DNA of 32,000 bases, from contig CP001848.1 of NCBI GenBank assembly GCA_000025185.1, positions 210,001-242,000 on the forward strand, read 5' to 3'. The position numbers and the translations under genes are program-made. Below are positions 1 through 9,294 of this stretch, in pieces. The notes under the pieces were generated by a model. The model was not told where the DNA came from and ran no database searches. It saw only the letters and a list, made by a program, of their open reading frames with translations. Positions within the stretch are counted from its first letter, which is position 1; the number at the start of each line of letters is the position of its first letter. Origin of the DNA: Pirellula staleyi DSM 6068 (lineage in GTDB: Bacteria > Planctomycetota > Planctomycetia > Pirellulales > Pirellulaceae).

Positions 1-1
1 A

Positions 2-157
2 CTCCCCGATCATCCGTGGTTCCTCTCGGTGCAGTTCCACCCCGAGTTCAAATCGAAGCCGACCAAAGCGCATCCGCTGTTTGCGGCGTTTGTCGAAGCA
101 GCGATCGAACGCAAATCGTCGCGCGGCGAGCGCCAAGCGGTGGAAGCTTCGTCGTAG
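2..157 (+). CDS. pyrG: CTP synthase, C-terminal fragment (glutamine amidotransferase domain); 5' end lies outside the window
   Basis: Frame 2 reads [51 protein letters not shown], with TAG at 155-157. HPWF..VQFHPEF.S.P...HPLF is the conserved C-terminal block of PyrG. The ORF is absent from the ORF track because it is open at the window edge. Confidence 0.85.
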   Translation, partial: LPDHPWFLSVQFHPEFKSKPTKAHPLFAAFVEAAIERKSSRGERQAVEASS

Positions 158-220
158 TTTTTCGCTACCCTCAGCGACTCACTTAAGTCCCGACCTCTAC
201 TAGCCAGTAACTCTCCCGCT

Positions 221-508
221 ATGTCGAGCTCACCACCGAAAATTGATCCTAAGCAAATTCCACCTGCTTCGCTGTCGTTTTTGATTTCGACCCTTGCCGC
301 GCAGGCGATGACAGCGATGGGACAAGCGCCCGATCCTCGGACTGGCACGAAGGAAGTTCAGCCGGAACTCGCGCGGCACTTCATCGACAGCATCGCCGTG
401 CTGCAAGAGAAGACCAAAGGAAACGCCACCACCGACGAAGCTCAGCTCATCGAAGCCGCTTTGCATCAGCTGCGAATCTTCTACGTCGAAGCGACGAAGA
501 AGAAATAG
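221..508 (+). CDS. DUF1844 family small protein
   Basis: 95 aa. The string LSFLISTLAAQAMTAMGQAPDPRTG...ELARHFIDSIAVLQEKTKGNATTDEAQLIEAALHQLRIFYV matches the DUF1844 pattern as I remember it (F..L...LA..AL..LG..PDP.TG...dLe.Ak..ID.L..L..KTKGNL...E...L...L..LR..Y). Confidence 0.8.
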   Translation: MSSSPPKIDPKQIPPASLSFLISTLAAQAMTAMGQAPDPRTGTKEVQPELARHFIDSIAVLQEKTKGNATTDEAQLIEAALHQLRIFYVEATKKK

Positions 509-550
509 CCAGCAGATTGTGTCACCACACCAGCGAGAAATGATTGCTCG

Positions 551-3031
551 CTAGAGCCGCGGCGCTGCTCCTGCAGCAGGCATCGCCGGGCTGGCGCTCT
601 CTTCGTCCTGCTGAATTTTGTAGCCCATCCGCCGGGCAGCATTCGTGGTGGCATTCGGCAGAATTATCTCGAGCCAATTGAGCAGCAGCGGCAGCACGAT
701 CAGATTTCCGACGAGGCCGCCGATCATCGCCAGGCTCACTAGCGCTCCGAAGTAGATCGTCGGGACAAACTCGCTGAAGAGCAGCACACCAAAGCCAGCA
801 ATCAGCGCGATCGTGCTAAAGAGCGCTGCGAGTCCCACACTCTCCTGGACTTCATCGCGGCAAGCATCGGGATGTTTTCCGCGACCACGGGCTTCGAGAT
901 AGAGCAGCAAATAGTGAATCGAACTGTCGACCGACAGACCCATCGAGACAGCTGCGATCATAGCCGCCCCCATGTTCAATTTAAGGCCGAACCAGCCGAG
1001 CATTCCCATCAAGACAAAAATCGGGAACGCATTGGGGACGAGCGCCACGAGTGTCAAGCTGAGACTTCGCACTGTCACGAGCAGCATCACAGCAATTCCG
1101 ATACTCGCCGCGCCAAAGGTGACCCATTGATCGCGAAGCATGCTCTCGATGAGTCGCGTGAGCAGCACGTACGACCCAGCTGCAGCAGCGGCTGGATCTT
1201 CCTTGGTTTGAGGAAATGCTTCGAGCGCCAATCGCTGCACTTCGCCGATGAGCCACGCCTTGCGATTGGCTGGCTGACGTTCGAGTGATCGAAGCATGAT
1301 ACGGAGCGAACCACGTCCAATGGGCGAACCATCTTCGTCGGTATGCTGATGCCTTAGCGACTGCATGAACGACGGCATCGCTGCTGTCATCCCTTGCAAA
1401 CGCAACTCGGGATCGCGTGGCAGCGAGGCCAAATTTTGATCGGCATCGGCGGCATCGAGTGCATCCACGAGGCTGATCACCTTGGTGAGCGCCGCCGGTT
1501 CATCGGGTGTGGAATCGGGATAACGCAGCGCGCGAAGACGATCTTCGAGCGTGCGAACGCGGTCGAGGTAGTCCTTCGTCAGACGCGGCGGCGCGCCGAG
1601 TACAAGATCCCAAACACCAGCGCCGCCGAGACGTGTTTCGACAAAGGCATACCACTGCACCAGGCGACTTCCACTGCGGAAATTCCGGGTGAAATCGGTC
1701 TCCACCGACAGCCGCGAACTGCCGATCGATAAGATCACCGTCAGCACCAGCAGCACCGGTCCAAACCAGCGCGAGCGATCCACGGCCCACGTAGCACTGT
1801 CGCGCAGAAAGTTACGGACTGCGAGTTCAGAGGGACCAGGGCGATGCTCGCGCGGAACGGCTGCGAACGTAGCCATCAGCGGCGCGAGCAGGTAGACGGC
1901 AGGAATCACCAGCAGCGAACCGATCACCATCATCGTGCCGAAGTCTTGAACCGGTCCAACTTCGGCTAGCCACAGCGAACCAAAGCCCACAGCATCGGTG
2001 GCGCAGGCGCCAAGAATCGGCAGCCAAAGTGCAGAGAGCGTGGCTGCAAGTGTCGCTTTGGGAGAGAGCCCTTGCGAATCGAGTTCTCGGTAGCGGACCA
2101 CTAAGTGGACCACTGTGGCCACACCGACGACGGTGATGATCGCCGCCAGCATCGAGCTGACCATCGTGAGCTGAAGTCCCGAGTAGACCAGCACTGCCTG
2201 GGTCGATAGTAGCGCCCACTGCACCACAGCGATCGGGGTCACGAGCCAGCGGAGGCTCCGAAAACAGATAAGGATGACGATTCCCAGAAGCACCGTCGAC
2301 CAGAAACCGAGTCGTCGACCATCTTGCTCGAGGAGCGAAAAACCTTCGACCACCATCACCGGTTCGCCGGCGAGAACACCCGGTTCGAGATCATCGGGAA
2401 GCGACTGCACCAGTTCTGTCAGATCGGAAATGGCCTGCGCGCGAAGATCAGAACCTCCGTCAGATTCGGGACGAAGCATGCATGCTACAGCAGCGGTCTT
2501 GCGGTCGCTTCCATGGGTGTAGCCTTCAAACAGCTTGAGATATTCCTTCGCCAGCGCGCTCTTGGGATTCAAAATCGCGGGGCCATCGAAATCAGTATCG
2601 TCGTCTTGATCTTTGTCCTGATTGCGGCCACTCGAAAACCGCTGAAAAGAATCGAAAAGCGAGCCAGTATTTTGCAGCGACTTAATCAGTCGGCTGATCT
2701 CGGCGAGACTCAGAACCTCGCGAACGCCTTCGATACGGGCCGCGCGACCACTGATCTCGGCCAGACGTTTGATCCCCTCGCCATCTTCGTCGAACAGATC
2801 CTCGTCGGAGTAAACCAGCAGCACGACATCGCTGCTGCCAAAGTCGGCCTTCAGTCGTTCGTAGGCCAGACGATCGGGGTCGTCGGGCGAGAACATCTGC
2901 TCGAGGCTGCGATCGAACGACAACTGCTGCGACGGACCGTAGGTGAACAGGAGCGCCAACAGCGCGAGGCCAAAGAGCCCCCAGCGATAGTTGGCAGCAA
3001 ACTTTCCGATCCACTCACTTAACGTCGACAT
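551..3031 (-). CDS. RND-superfamily exporter, MMPL/COG1033 type (12-TM, two large soluble loops)
   Basis: 826 aa. An N-terminal TM helix is followed by a roughly 200-aa soluble region, a 5-6 TM hydrophobic block (aa ~230-400), a second soluble region, and a second hydrophobic block (aa ~640-800). This is the duplicated architecture typical of MMPL/HpnN-like exporters. Substrate cannot be inferred from the sequence. Confidence 0.8.
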   Translation of the reverse strand: MSTLSEWIGKFAANYRWGLFGLALLALLFTYGPSQQLSFDRSLEQMFSPDDPDRLAYERLKADFGSSDVVLLVYSDEDLFDEDGEGIKRLAEISGRAARIEGVREVLSLAEISRLIKSLQNTGSLFDSFQRFSSGRNQDKDQDDDTDFDGPAILNPKSALAKEYLKLFEGYTHGSDRKTAAVACMLRPESDGGSDLRAQAISDLTELVQSLPDDLEPGVLAGEPVMVVEGFSLLEQDGRRLGFWSTVLLGIVILICFRSLRWLVTPIAVVQWALLSTQAVLVYSGLQLTMVSSMLAAIITVVGVATVVHLVVRYRELDSQGLSPKATLAATLSALWLPILGACATDAVGFGSLWLAEVGPVQDFGTMMVIGSLLVIPAVYLLAPLMATFAAVPREHRPGPSELAVRNFLRDSATWAVDRSRWFGPVLLVLTVILSIGSSRLSVETDFTRNFRSGSRLVQWYAFVETRLGGAGVWDLVLGAPPRLTKDYLDRVRTLEDRLRALRYPDSTPDEPAALTKVISLVDALDAADADQNLASLPRDPELRLQGMTAAMPSFMQSLRHQHTDEDGSPIGRGSLRIMLRSLERQPANRKAWLIGEVQRLALEAFPQTKEDPAAAAAGSYVLLTRLIESMLRDQWVTFGAASIGIAVMLLVTVRSLSLTLVALVPNAFPIFVLMGMLGWFGLKLNMGAAMIAAVSMGLSVDSSIHYLLLYLEARGRGKHPDACRDEVQESVGLAALFSTIALIAGFGVLLFSEFVPTIYFGALVSLAMIGGLVGNLIVLPLLLNWLEIILPNATTNAARRMGYKIQQDEESASPAMPAAGAAPRL

Positions 3032-3105
3032 ACACGCTTACTCAAACTTTCTGCTGGCCATGCTCGCGGCCATCGGGGCTTTACGAGCATGGCTCGCACC
3101 ACACG

Positions 3106-4446
3106 TCACAATAGCTCGCTGGCCAGATCGGCCAAAGCCGAACGCTCCCCTTTTTCGAGGGTGATGTGAGCGAAAATCGGTTGTCCCACCATGCGATGGA
3201 TCAGGTACGACAGGCCGTTAGAGAGGGCATCGAGGTACGGCTGATCGATCTGCCGAATATCACCCGTCAGGACGATCTTGGTCCCTTCACCAGCGCGCGT
3301 GATGATCGTTTTCACCTCATGCGGCGTGAGATTTTGTGCTTCGTCGATGATAAAGAAAATGCGCTGCAAGCTACGGCCACGGATGTAGGCCAGCGGTGTG
3401 ATCTGCAGCTTTTCGCTCTCGCGCATTTCGTTGATCCGCTGCGCGGCGGCATCGTTATCGTTGAACTGATGACGAATCACCGTCAGGTTGTCGTAGAGGG
3501 GCTGCATGTAGGGATCGAGTTTGGCGTCGATATCGCCCGGCAAGAATCCGAGATCGCGATTGCCCAGCGGCACCACCGGCCTGGCAAGCAGAATCTGCCG
3601 ATAGCGCTGACGACTTTCGAGTGCTGCGGCGAGCGCCAGCAGCGTTTTGCCCGTCCCTGCGGTCCCCGCGAGGGTGACGAGTTTAATGTCGTCGTTGGTG
3701 AGCGCTTTGAGCGCGAACGATTGCTCGGCATTGCGGGGCGAGATGCCGTAGTTCGTCGACTTTTCGACACGTACGAAGCACTTTTCCGCAGCCCGATAGG
3801 TCGCCAAAACCGATTTGCTGCCACTGCGCAAAATAAAGTTTTCGTTGGCAATCGGACTAGGAATGCAGCTGGCCAGTTCCTGCGGAACAAAGCCCCCTTC
3901 GGCATAAAATCGGCTGATCAGATCGGGGGGAGCATCTTCGATCACGCGTTTGCCGGTGTAGAGCTTGTCGAAGCTCTCGATCTTGTCGGTTGTGTAATCC
4001 TCGGCAGGAAGGCCCAGCGATTTGGCCTTCATGCGGAGGTTTGTATCTTTGGTAATCAGAATCACCGACCGATTGGGCTGCTGTTTTTGCAGCATCAAGG
4101 CAGTGTTCAGGATGCGATGGTCGGGGCAATCCTGAAAGAACGATTCTTTGAGGCGGCGATCGAGTTCACCACCAAGAACCACATGCATAGCCCCCATATT
4201 GGGGCCTAGCGAGGCACCTTCAGCCGACAGGGCTTCGCTGGTGACCGCATCGACTTTGCGAAGAAATTCACGGGCCTGGAAGTTGATGTCTTCGTTGCCT
4301 CGTTTGAACTTGTCGAGCTCCTCGAGCACCGTGATGGGTATCGCGATGTCGTGTTCTTCGAAGTTATTAATGCATCCGCTGTCGTGAAGAATGACGTTCG
4401 TGTCGAGGACGAACAGCTTGTTGCCAACTTCGCTCGAGATCATCAC
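3106..4446 (-). CDS. PIN-domain / PhoH-like ATPase fusion (PhoH2 / YlaK type)
   Basis: 446 aa. N-terminal PIN signature [11 protein letters not shown]...ITVLEELD...LITKDTNLR; Walker A GTAGTGKT; Walker B FIIDEAQN; PhoH block [10 protein letters not shown]. Confidence 0.9.
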   Translation of the reverse strand: MMISSEVGNKLFVLDTNVILHDSGCINNFEEHDIAIPITVLEELDKFKRGNEDINFQAREFLRKVDAVTSEALSAEGASLGPNMGAMHVVLGGELDRRLKESFFQDCPDHRILNTALMLQKQQPNRSVILITKDTNLRMKAKSLGLPAEDYTTDKIESFDKLYTGKRVIEDAPPDLISRFYAEGGFVPQELASCIPSPIANENFILRSGSKSVLATYRAAEKCFVRVEKSTNYGISPRNAEQSFALKALTNDDIKLVTLAGTAGTGKTLLALAAALESRQRYRQILLARPVVPLGNRDLGFLPGDIDAKLDPYMQPLYDNLTVIRHQFNDNDAAAQRINEMRESEKLQITPLAYIRGRSLQRIFFIIDEAQNLTPHEVKTIITRAGEGTKIVLTGDIRQIDQPYLDALSNGLSYLIHRMVGQPIFAHITLEKGERSALADLASELL

Positions 4447-4523
4447 GCGCTCCGTGCAGGTGTGAGATAACTCCTAGTCGCGTGCAGTCTGAGGTATTCG
4501 GCGAAAATCTGCAACATGGGGTT

Positions 4524-4551
4524 GCTAGCAAGTTAGTGACGTCTTGCTAGC
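4524..4551. promoter_or_regulatory. Perfect 9-bp inverted repeat (GCTAGCAAG-N10-CTTGCTAGC) in the divergent phoH2 / GT9 intergenic region; candidate operator
   Basis: Read directly: gctagcaag (4524-4532), ttagtgacgt, cttgctagc (4543-4551). It lies between two divergently transcribed genes. The function is a guess. Confidence 0.25.
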
Positions 4552-4640
4552 GCTGCGCTGCCTGCTCACGAACTGATCTTCTCTTGGGGAATTTGGCAAA
4601 TCTCGATACGATCCCGTGCCGAAGGTCTTACTGACAGGAG

Positions 4641-5729
4641 TTGGTTAAGTTGTCCGACAAAGCTTCCCCACTTGATGATAGCAAGCTCGACATGCCCTCT
4701 TTGCGAGTGCTGATCACACGACTTTCCGCCATCGGCGACTGCGTTTTGACGTTGCCACTGGCCTGCGCCATTCGCGATGCGATTCCTGGTGCGCAAATCA
4801 TCTGGGCCGCCGAACCGGCCGGTTGTCAGCTGCTGGAAGGACACTCGGCGATCGATCATTTGGTGAAGGTGCCGAAAAACTTCTTCAAGTCTCCTTCGGC
4901 CTTGTGGAAACTCCGCCGCACGCTGCACGATCTTGCTCCGCAGCTGGCCATCGATCCGCAAGGGCTCACCAAGAGTTCGCTCTTGGGCTGGCTGAGTGGA
5001 GCACAGCAGCGCATCGGCGCTGCCGCACCTTGGGGCCGCGAGCTCAGCACCTATTTCAATAACTTTCGCGTTCGCTGCGAGAAACGGCACATCGTCGACC
5101 GGACGCTCGAATTGCTCCTCCCGCTGGGAGTGAAGAAGACCGAAGTTCGGTTCGATCTGCCACGCTATCACGCTGCCGAAGCGAGCATGGCGAACTTCCT
5201 GTCGCGCGATGAACTCTATCGCGGCTATGCCGTGCTGAATGTCGGCGCGGGCTGGCAAAGCAAGCTGTGGCCAGCCGATCGCTATGCCTCGGTCGCGCGG
5301 CATCTGCTCGACGCCTGGAACTTGCCGAGTCTCGTCACTTGGTCAGGGGCCGAAGAGAAGCAGGCGGCGGAGCAAGTGGTGCAGCTGGCTCAAGGGGCCG
5401 CCATCATGGCTCCCGACACTTCGCTCACCGAACTCGCCACGCTGCTGCGTCCCGCCACCGTGCTCGTGGGGAGCGATACTGGCCCGATGCATTTGGCAGC
5501 TGCCCTGGGCGTACGTGTGGTGGCACTGCACGGCAGCACACGACGCGAAGAATCGGGACCTTACGGACCGGCCAACGTCGCGATTCAGGCCTACTTTCAA
5601 TCAGGCACCAGCCGCGAGCGCCGCAGCGCTCAAAACGACGCCATGCGAGCGATCGAAGCGAGCGAAGTGCAGCATGCTTGCGACATGATTTTGTCGACCC
5701 TGCGGGCGCGCCCAGCCGCGGTGGCTTAA
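4641..5729 (+). CDS. Glycosyltransferase family 9 (ADP-heptose:LPS heptosyltransferase-like)
   Basis: LRVLITRLSAIGDCVLTLPLACAIRDAIPGAQIIWAAEP is the typical GT9 N-terminus. The C-terminal LVGSDTGPMHLAAALGVRVVALHG is the GT9 nucleotide-sugar-binding block. The track ORF starts at TTG 4641; ATG 4692 (MPSLRVLI...) is the more likely start. Confidence 0.85.
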   Translation: MVKLSDKASPLDDSKLDMPSLRVLITRLSAIGDCVLTLPLACAIRDAIPGAQIIWAAEPAGCQLLEGHSAIDHLVKVPKNFFKSPSALWKLRRTLHDLAPQLAIDPQGLTKSSLLGWLSGAQQRIGAAAPWGRELSTYFNNFRVRCEKRHIVDRTLELLLPLGVKKTEVRFDLPRYHAAEASMANFLSRDELYRGYAVLNVGAGWQSKLWPADRYASVARHLLDAWNLPSLVTWSGAEEKQAAEQVVQLAQGAAIMAPDTSLTELATLLRPATVLVGSDTGPMHLAAALGVRVVALHGSTRREESGPYGPANVAIQAYFQSGTSRERRSAQNDAMRAIEASEVQHACDMILSTLRARPAAVA

Positions 5730-5754
5730 GGATCTTGCTTCACCGAGCGAGCGT

Positions 5755-7680
5755 CTAACGCTGGCTCAGTTCATGCACGAAGTCGACCACGGCAATGGCG
5801 TTGTCGACTGGCGTTTGCTGCAGCACACCATGCCCGAGGTTGAAGATGTGACCGGCCCGACCGGCTGCTTCATCGAGCACTAATTTCACGCGCCGCTTCA
5901 GTTCATCGCGCGGGCCGAGCAGTGTGATCGGATCGAGATTCCCTTGCACGCTCCGATCGTAGCCCACCGTCTTCCAAGCGTCGGCGAGACTCACACGCCA
6001 ATCGACGCCAATCACACGTCCACCCGCTTCGGCCAGGAGTGGCAGTAGCGCCGGATTGCCCGTCGCAAAATTGATGACCGGCACGCCCGGCGTGATGCCA
6101 TCGATGATCGACGCGACGTGCGGCAACACATAACGACGATAGTCGTAAGGCCCCAGACAGCCGACCCACGAATCGAACAGCTGCACCACTTGCGCGCCTG
6201 AAGCGATCTGGGCATTCAAGTAGCGAGTGATCGAGCGCGATAGTTTTTGCATCAGCGCTGTCCAGGCTCCTTCGTCGCTATACATCAGCGATTTCGTCGT
6301 CAGATAGTTGCGGCTGCTCCCCCCTTCAATCGCATAGCTGGCGAGTGTGAAAGGGGAACCGGCAAAGCCGATGAGCGGCATATCTTCAGGAAGATCAGCG
6401 CGGGTTTGACGTACGGTTTCAAAGACAAAATCGAGCGAGCCGAGCTCTTCGAGTTCTTTCACGCGGTCGACATCGGCGGCTGTCTTGAGCGGGTTATGAA
6501 TCACCGGCCCCTCTCCTTTGGCGAACTCGAGATCGAGTCCCATCGGTTCGAGAATCGGCAACAGATCGGAGAAGATGATGGCGGCATCGACCCCCAGTCG
6601 CTTGACGGCTGTGCACATGATCTCGCTGCAGAGCGAGGGATTTTTGCACAGGTCGAGGAACGTCACTTGGCCGCGCACCGCGCGATACTCTTCCATGTAG
6701 CGGCCCGCTTGACGCATCAGCCACACCGGCGTGACGTCGGTCGGTTCGCCGCGACAAGCTTTGAGAAACGGGCTGTCGTACCAAGGTGCGTTTTGATCGA
6801 GTGCGTCGGTCATAGGTCCAGAGAGTGTCGACGCGATGCGCCGTTTTCGTGTGAGTACTTGAGAGGATCGTGCAGCGGCCGCGACAACGAGCGGCCCCAT
6901 TTTGGGATGTTCGGGTTCGATATCGACGGGCAAATCTTGCTCGCGCAACATTTCACTGGTGGTTGGTCCGACCGAGGCCACTACCATTTGGCGCAGCGCA
7001 TCGCGCACATCTTGCAGCAAGCCGAGTTGCTCAGCCATGCGGAGCATGTTCACCACTTGATGTGCCGAAGTAAACATCACCACATCGCGCTCGAGCGCCG
7101 CGATGGCGCGAATGTTGGCTTCGAGCTCCGTGGTATCTTCGGGAAAGTCCCACTGATACACGCGCACTTGCAGCACCTGCGCGCCGCGAGCTTCGAGCCC
7201 CGCCACCAGGCTATGGTTGGTGATGCCATACTCTTGTAGGCCGACGTTCAGGTTGGCAATCGGCACTTGCGCGTCGATGGTGGCCAGCAGATCGCGCCAG
7301 GTGTTCGGTTCAGGAACTTTTACCGTGGGGGTGAGTCCCACTTCGCGCATCGCAGCGACCGGCTTGGGGCCGCGACAGATGGTGGTGATGTCGGAGAGCG
7401 CGTGCAAAAATCGTTCGCGGTCGACATGCTTTTCCACCTGCGCGAGCAGATGTCGAAAACCGACGCCGGTCAAAAAAATCATGGCGTCGATGCCGCCGGT
7501 GATCAGTTTTTGAGCAAACTCCACCGCCGCCGGATTGGTGGCGATGGGAACTTCGCGCATGCTCGGACTCACGAACGGCTGGCCCCCCAACTTTTCGATC
7601 AGGCGGGCCATTTCCGCGCGGTTACGACTTTCGAGCGAAGCGACTCGCAGGCCTTCAAAATTTGCAGTTTCGGTGCTCAT
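5755..7680 (-). CDS. hemE: Fused uroporphyrinogen-III synthase (HemD-like, aa 1-~285) and uroporphyrinogen decarboxylase (HemE, aa ~290-641)
   Basis: The C-terminal half carries the HemE signature PFLKACRGEPTDVTPVWLMRQAGRYMEEYRA and ends with the typical FNLGHGV block. The N-terminal half has the two-lobed HEM4-like pattern (LRVASLESRN...IDAMIFLTGVG...VVMFTSAHQV...VASVGPTT). There is no stop codon between the halves. An internal in-frame ATG sits at 6811-6813 (aa 290). Confidence 0.88.
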   Translation of the reverse strand: MSTETANFEGLRVASLESRNRAEMARLIEKLGGQPFVSPSMREVPIATNPAAVEFAQKLITGGIDAMIFLTGVGFRHLLAQVEKHVDRERFLHALSDITTICRGPKPVAAMREVGLTPTVKVPEPNTWRDLLATIDAQVPIANLNVGLQEYGITNHSLVAGLEARGAQVLQVRVYQWDFPEDTTELEANIRAIAALERDVVMFTSAHQVVNMLRMAEQLGLLQDVRDALRQMVVASVGPTTSEMLREQDLPVDIEPEHPKMGPLVVAAAARSSQVLTRKRRIASTLSGPMTDALDQNAPWYDSPFLKACRGEPTDVTPVWLMRQAGRYMEEYRAVRGQVTFLDLCKNPSLCSEIMCTAVKRLGVDAAIIFSDLLPILEPMGLDLEFAKGEGPVIHNPLKTAADVDRVKELEELGSLDFVFETVRQTRADLPEDMPLIGFAGSPFTLASYAIEGGSSRNYLTTKSLMYSDEGAWTALMQKLSRSITRYLNAQIASGAQVVQLFDSWVGCLGPYDYRRYVLPHVASIIDGITPGVPVINFATGNPALLPLLAEAGGRVIGVDWRVSLADAWKTVGYDRSVQGNLDPITLLGPRDELKRRVKLVLDEAAGRAGHIFNLGHGVLQQTPVDNAIAVVDFVHELSQR

Positions 7681-7792
7681 CTAGGCCATGCTACTTGCCG
7701 CCCAGCCGTTCGGATAGCGGCCACCACGCCGGCAGGCCGCTTCGAGCTGCAGGAGGCTCCTTTCACCCCCGTTTTTGAGCTCCTACAACCAG

Positions 7793-8860
7793 TTAGGCAG
7801 CGTTGTCGGCCTTGTCTTTTTTCAGAATCGTGGCCAGTTCGCTCAGCAGACGTTTCCCTTGAGCCGAGCTCAGGAATTTTTCTGCTGTCGTTTCCAGCGC
7901 TGCAATGTTCACCGCATCGGCTTTATCCATATCGTCGTAGGCCGAATCGAGAATCGCCTGGAAACGGAAGTAACGATCTTTCTCGATCAGCTGCGAGGCG
8001 ATGTAGTCCACCGCGTCGGCGGCTCCGTCGAACAGCACGTCGACAATCGGCTTGGCCCACTCGACGGTCCCCCATTCGGTAGCTTCTTCGGCTGTGATCA
8101 CACGTGTGCTCTCCCCTGTACCGAAGCTCGCCACAATCAGGTCCCCCAGGCCGTTGGTCTTCGCATTCGCATCGCAGTTGAATCGTGCCGCCTCTGCGAT
8201 CGCACAAGCCGTAGGGTTGTTCGCCACCACACCACCATCAACAAGCGGGCGCTGCTTATGTACACCATCCACTCCCACGATCATCACATGACAAGGGAAA
8301 TACGTCGGCGCAGCACTCGAAGCCAGGCAGATATCGACCAGACGAAGCTTTGTATGTTCCGGTTTATGATTCTTAAACACGAGCGCCGCACGCGCCGCAA
8401 CGTCGTAGGCCGTTACTAGCGTAGGCTTGACGTGCAGATCACCAAACTCCATGTCGGCGAAAACTGCTTCGAGCTCGGCGCGGAGTCCATCAGGCTGATA
8501 CTTCGGCGCGCTCGCGCCGTCTTGAGGTAACCGGACCAAACGATCCCACAGCCGCGATGCCCGGCTCGGAAACACATTCATCCCACGTTCTTTGTAGAGC
8601 GAAACGATTTCTGCGGGCTTCTTTCCGGCGGAAATCGCGCAGGCCAAAATCGCGCCGGTGCTGGTCCCCGCGATGAGATCGAAGTAATCGCGCAGCGGAC
8701 CACCAAGCTTGTCCTCGAGTGCTTGAAGCCAGATGGCGGTCATGAGTCCACGAATGCCACCACCATCGAGCGAGAGTACACGGCGAATCGGATGCTTGGG
8801 GGACGGAGTTGTTTTGGCCATGGTGCAGGTCCTGACAGAAAACTTGGTAAGAATCCTCAT
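7793..8860 (-). CDS. Patatin-like phospholipase
   Basis: Oxyanion loop LSLDGGGIRG, nucleophile elbow GTSTGA (GxSxG), and catalytic Asp motif VDGGVVANNP. ATG 8821 (MAKTTPSP...) is an alternative, probably better, start than ATG 8860. Confidence 0.9.
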   Translation of the reverse strand: MRILTKFSVRTCTMAKTTPSPKHPIRRVLSLDGGGIRGLMTAIWLQALEDKLGGPLRDYFDLIAGTSTGAILACAISAGKKPAEIVSLYKERGMNVFPSRASRLWDRLVRLPQDGASAPKYQPDGLRAELEAVFADMEFGDLHVKPTLVTAYDVAARAALVFKNHKPEHTKLRLVDICLASSAAPTYFPCHVMIVGVDGVHKQRPLVDGGVVANNPTACAIAEAARFNCDANAKTNGLGDLIVASFGTGESTRVITAEEATEWGTVEWAKPIVDVLFDGAADAVDYIASQLIEKDRYFRFQAILDSAYDDMDKADAVNIAALETTAEKFLSSAQGKRLLSELATILKKDKADNAA

Positions 8861-9294
8861 TCACGAGTGCTTAACATCCCTTATTGAGGGAGATACGCGG
8901 TGCCAATTATGGCCGACTGTACAGCAGTTCGCGAAACAGTTTCTGGAAATTTCCTGCTCGTTTTTGGAAAGAAATCGGAAACAAAGAGGCTCGGTTTTAC
9001 GCCCAGCAACGATGTGCCACTCGGCTGACCTGGACCGGTGAGGGAAATCTTCGGGAATGTCGCGATCGTACAGCCACAGCAGCGTCTGGGCTGGGTGATG
9101 GCCCCCAACGAAGTCGAACTTTTGGTTGCAGCAAGCCGTAAGAAAATCGCACAATAAGGTTTTGATGCGACTGCGAATCCACCCTTTTCCACAGCGCCTT
9201 GAACCAACCCGTTTCCTTGGTTTCCCTCTTCGCTCGACCCTCGACTTGGCGACGCTCTGCGAGCAGCGCTAGTGGCGCGTGCGAGGTGGGTGAC

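Noticed and set aside
10-348. 112-aa minus-strand ORF overlapping the pyrG end and the DUF1844 start
   Set aside because: It is antisense to two ORFs with clear family motifs and has no motif of its own. It looks like a typical high-GC shadow ORF.
551-3031. Calling the RND/MMPL exporter HpnN (hopanoid transporter)
   Set aside because: It lies 18 kb from the cyclase on the opposite strand, with unrelated genes between. The family-level architecture alone cannot give the substrate.
3166-4209. 347-aa plus-strand ORF
   Set aside because: It lies entirely antisense to the PIN-PhoH gene, which has unambiguous Walker A/B and PIN motifs. It is Arg/Gly-rich shadow sequence.
4566-5303. 245-aa minus-strand ORF
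   Set aside because: It is antisense to the GT9 heptosyltransferase-like gene and has no recognisable motif.
6247-8082. Plus-strand ORFs of 330 aa (6247-7239) and 271 aa (7267-8082), plus 7775-8419
   Set aside because: They are antisense shadows of hemD-hemE and the patatin gene. They are Arg/His-rich with no motifs.
7793-8860. Patatin gene as a CBASS (CapV-like) effector
   Set aside because: No cyclase/nucleotidyltransferase, Cap2/Cap3 or other defence genes are adjacent. Its neighbours are heme and lipid housekeeping genes.
8861-9154. 97-codon ORF in the same frame as the patatin gene, separated only by TGA. I considered an N-terminal extension, stop-codon read-through or selenocysteine.
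   Set aside because: It starts at TTG, and its 3' half uses rare codons (AGG, AGA, ATA). The patatin domain is complete from MAKTTPSP... onward. I saw no SECIS-like hairpin. The adjacency of stop and ATG is simply how the ORF finder delimits ORFs.
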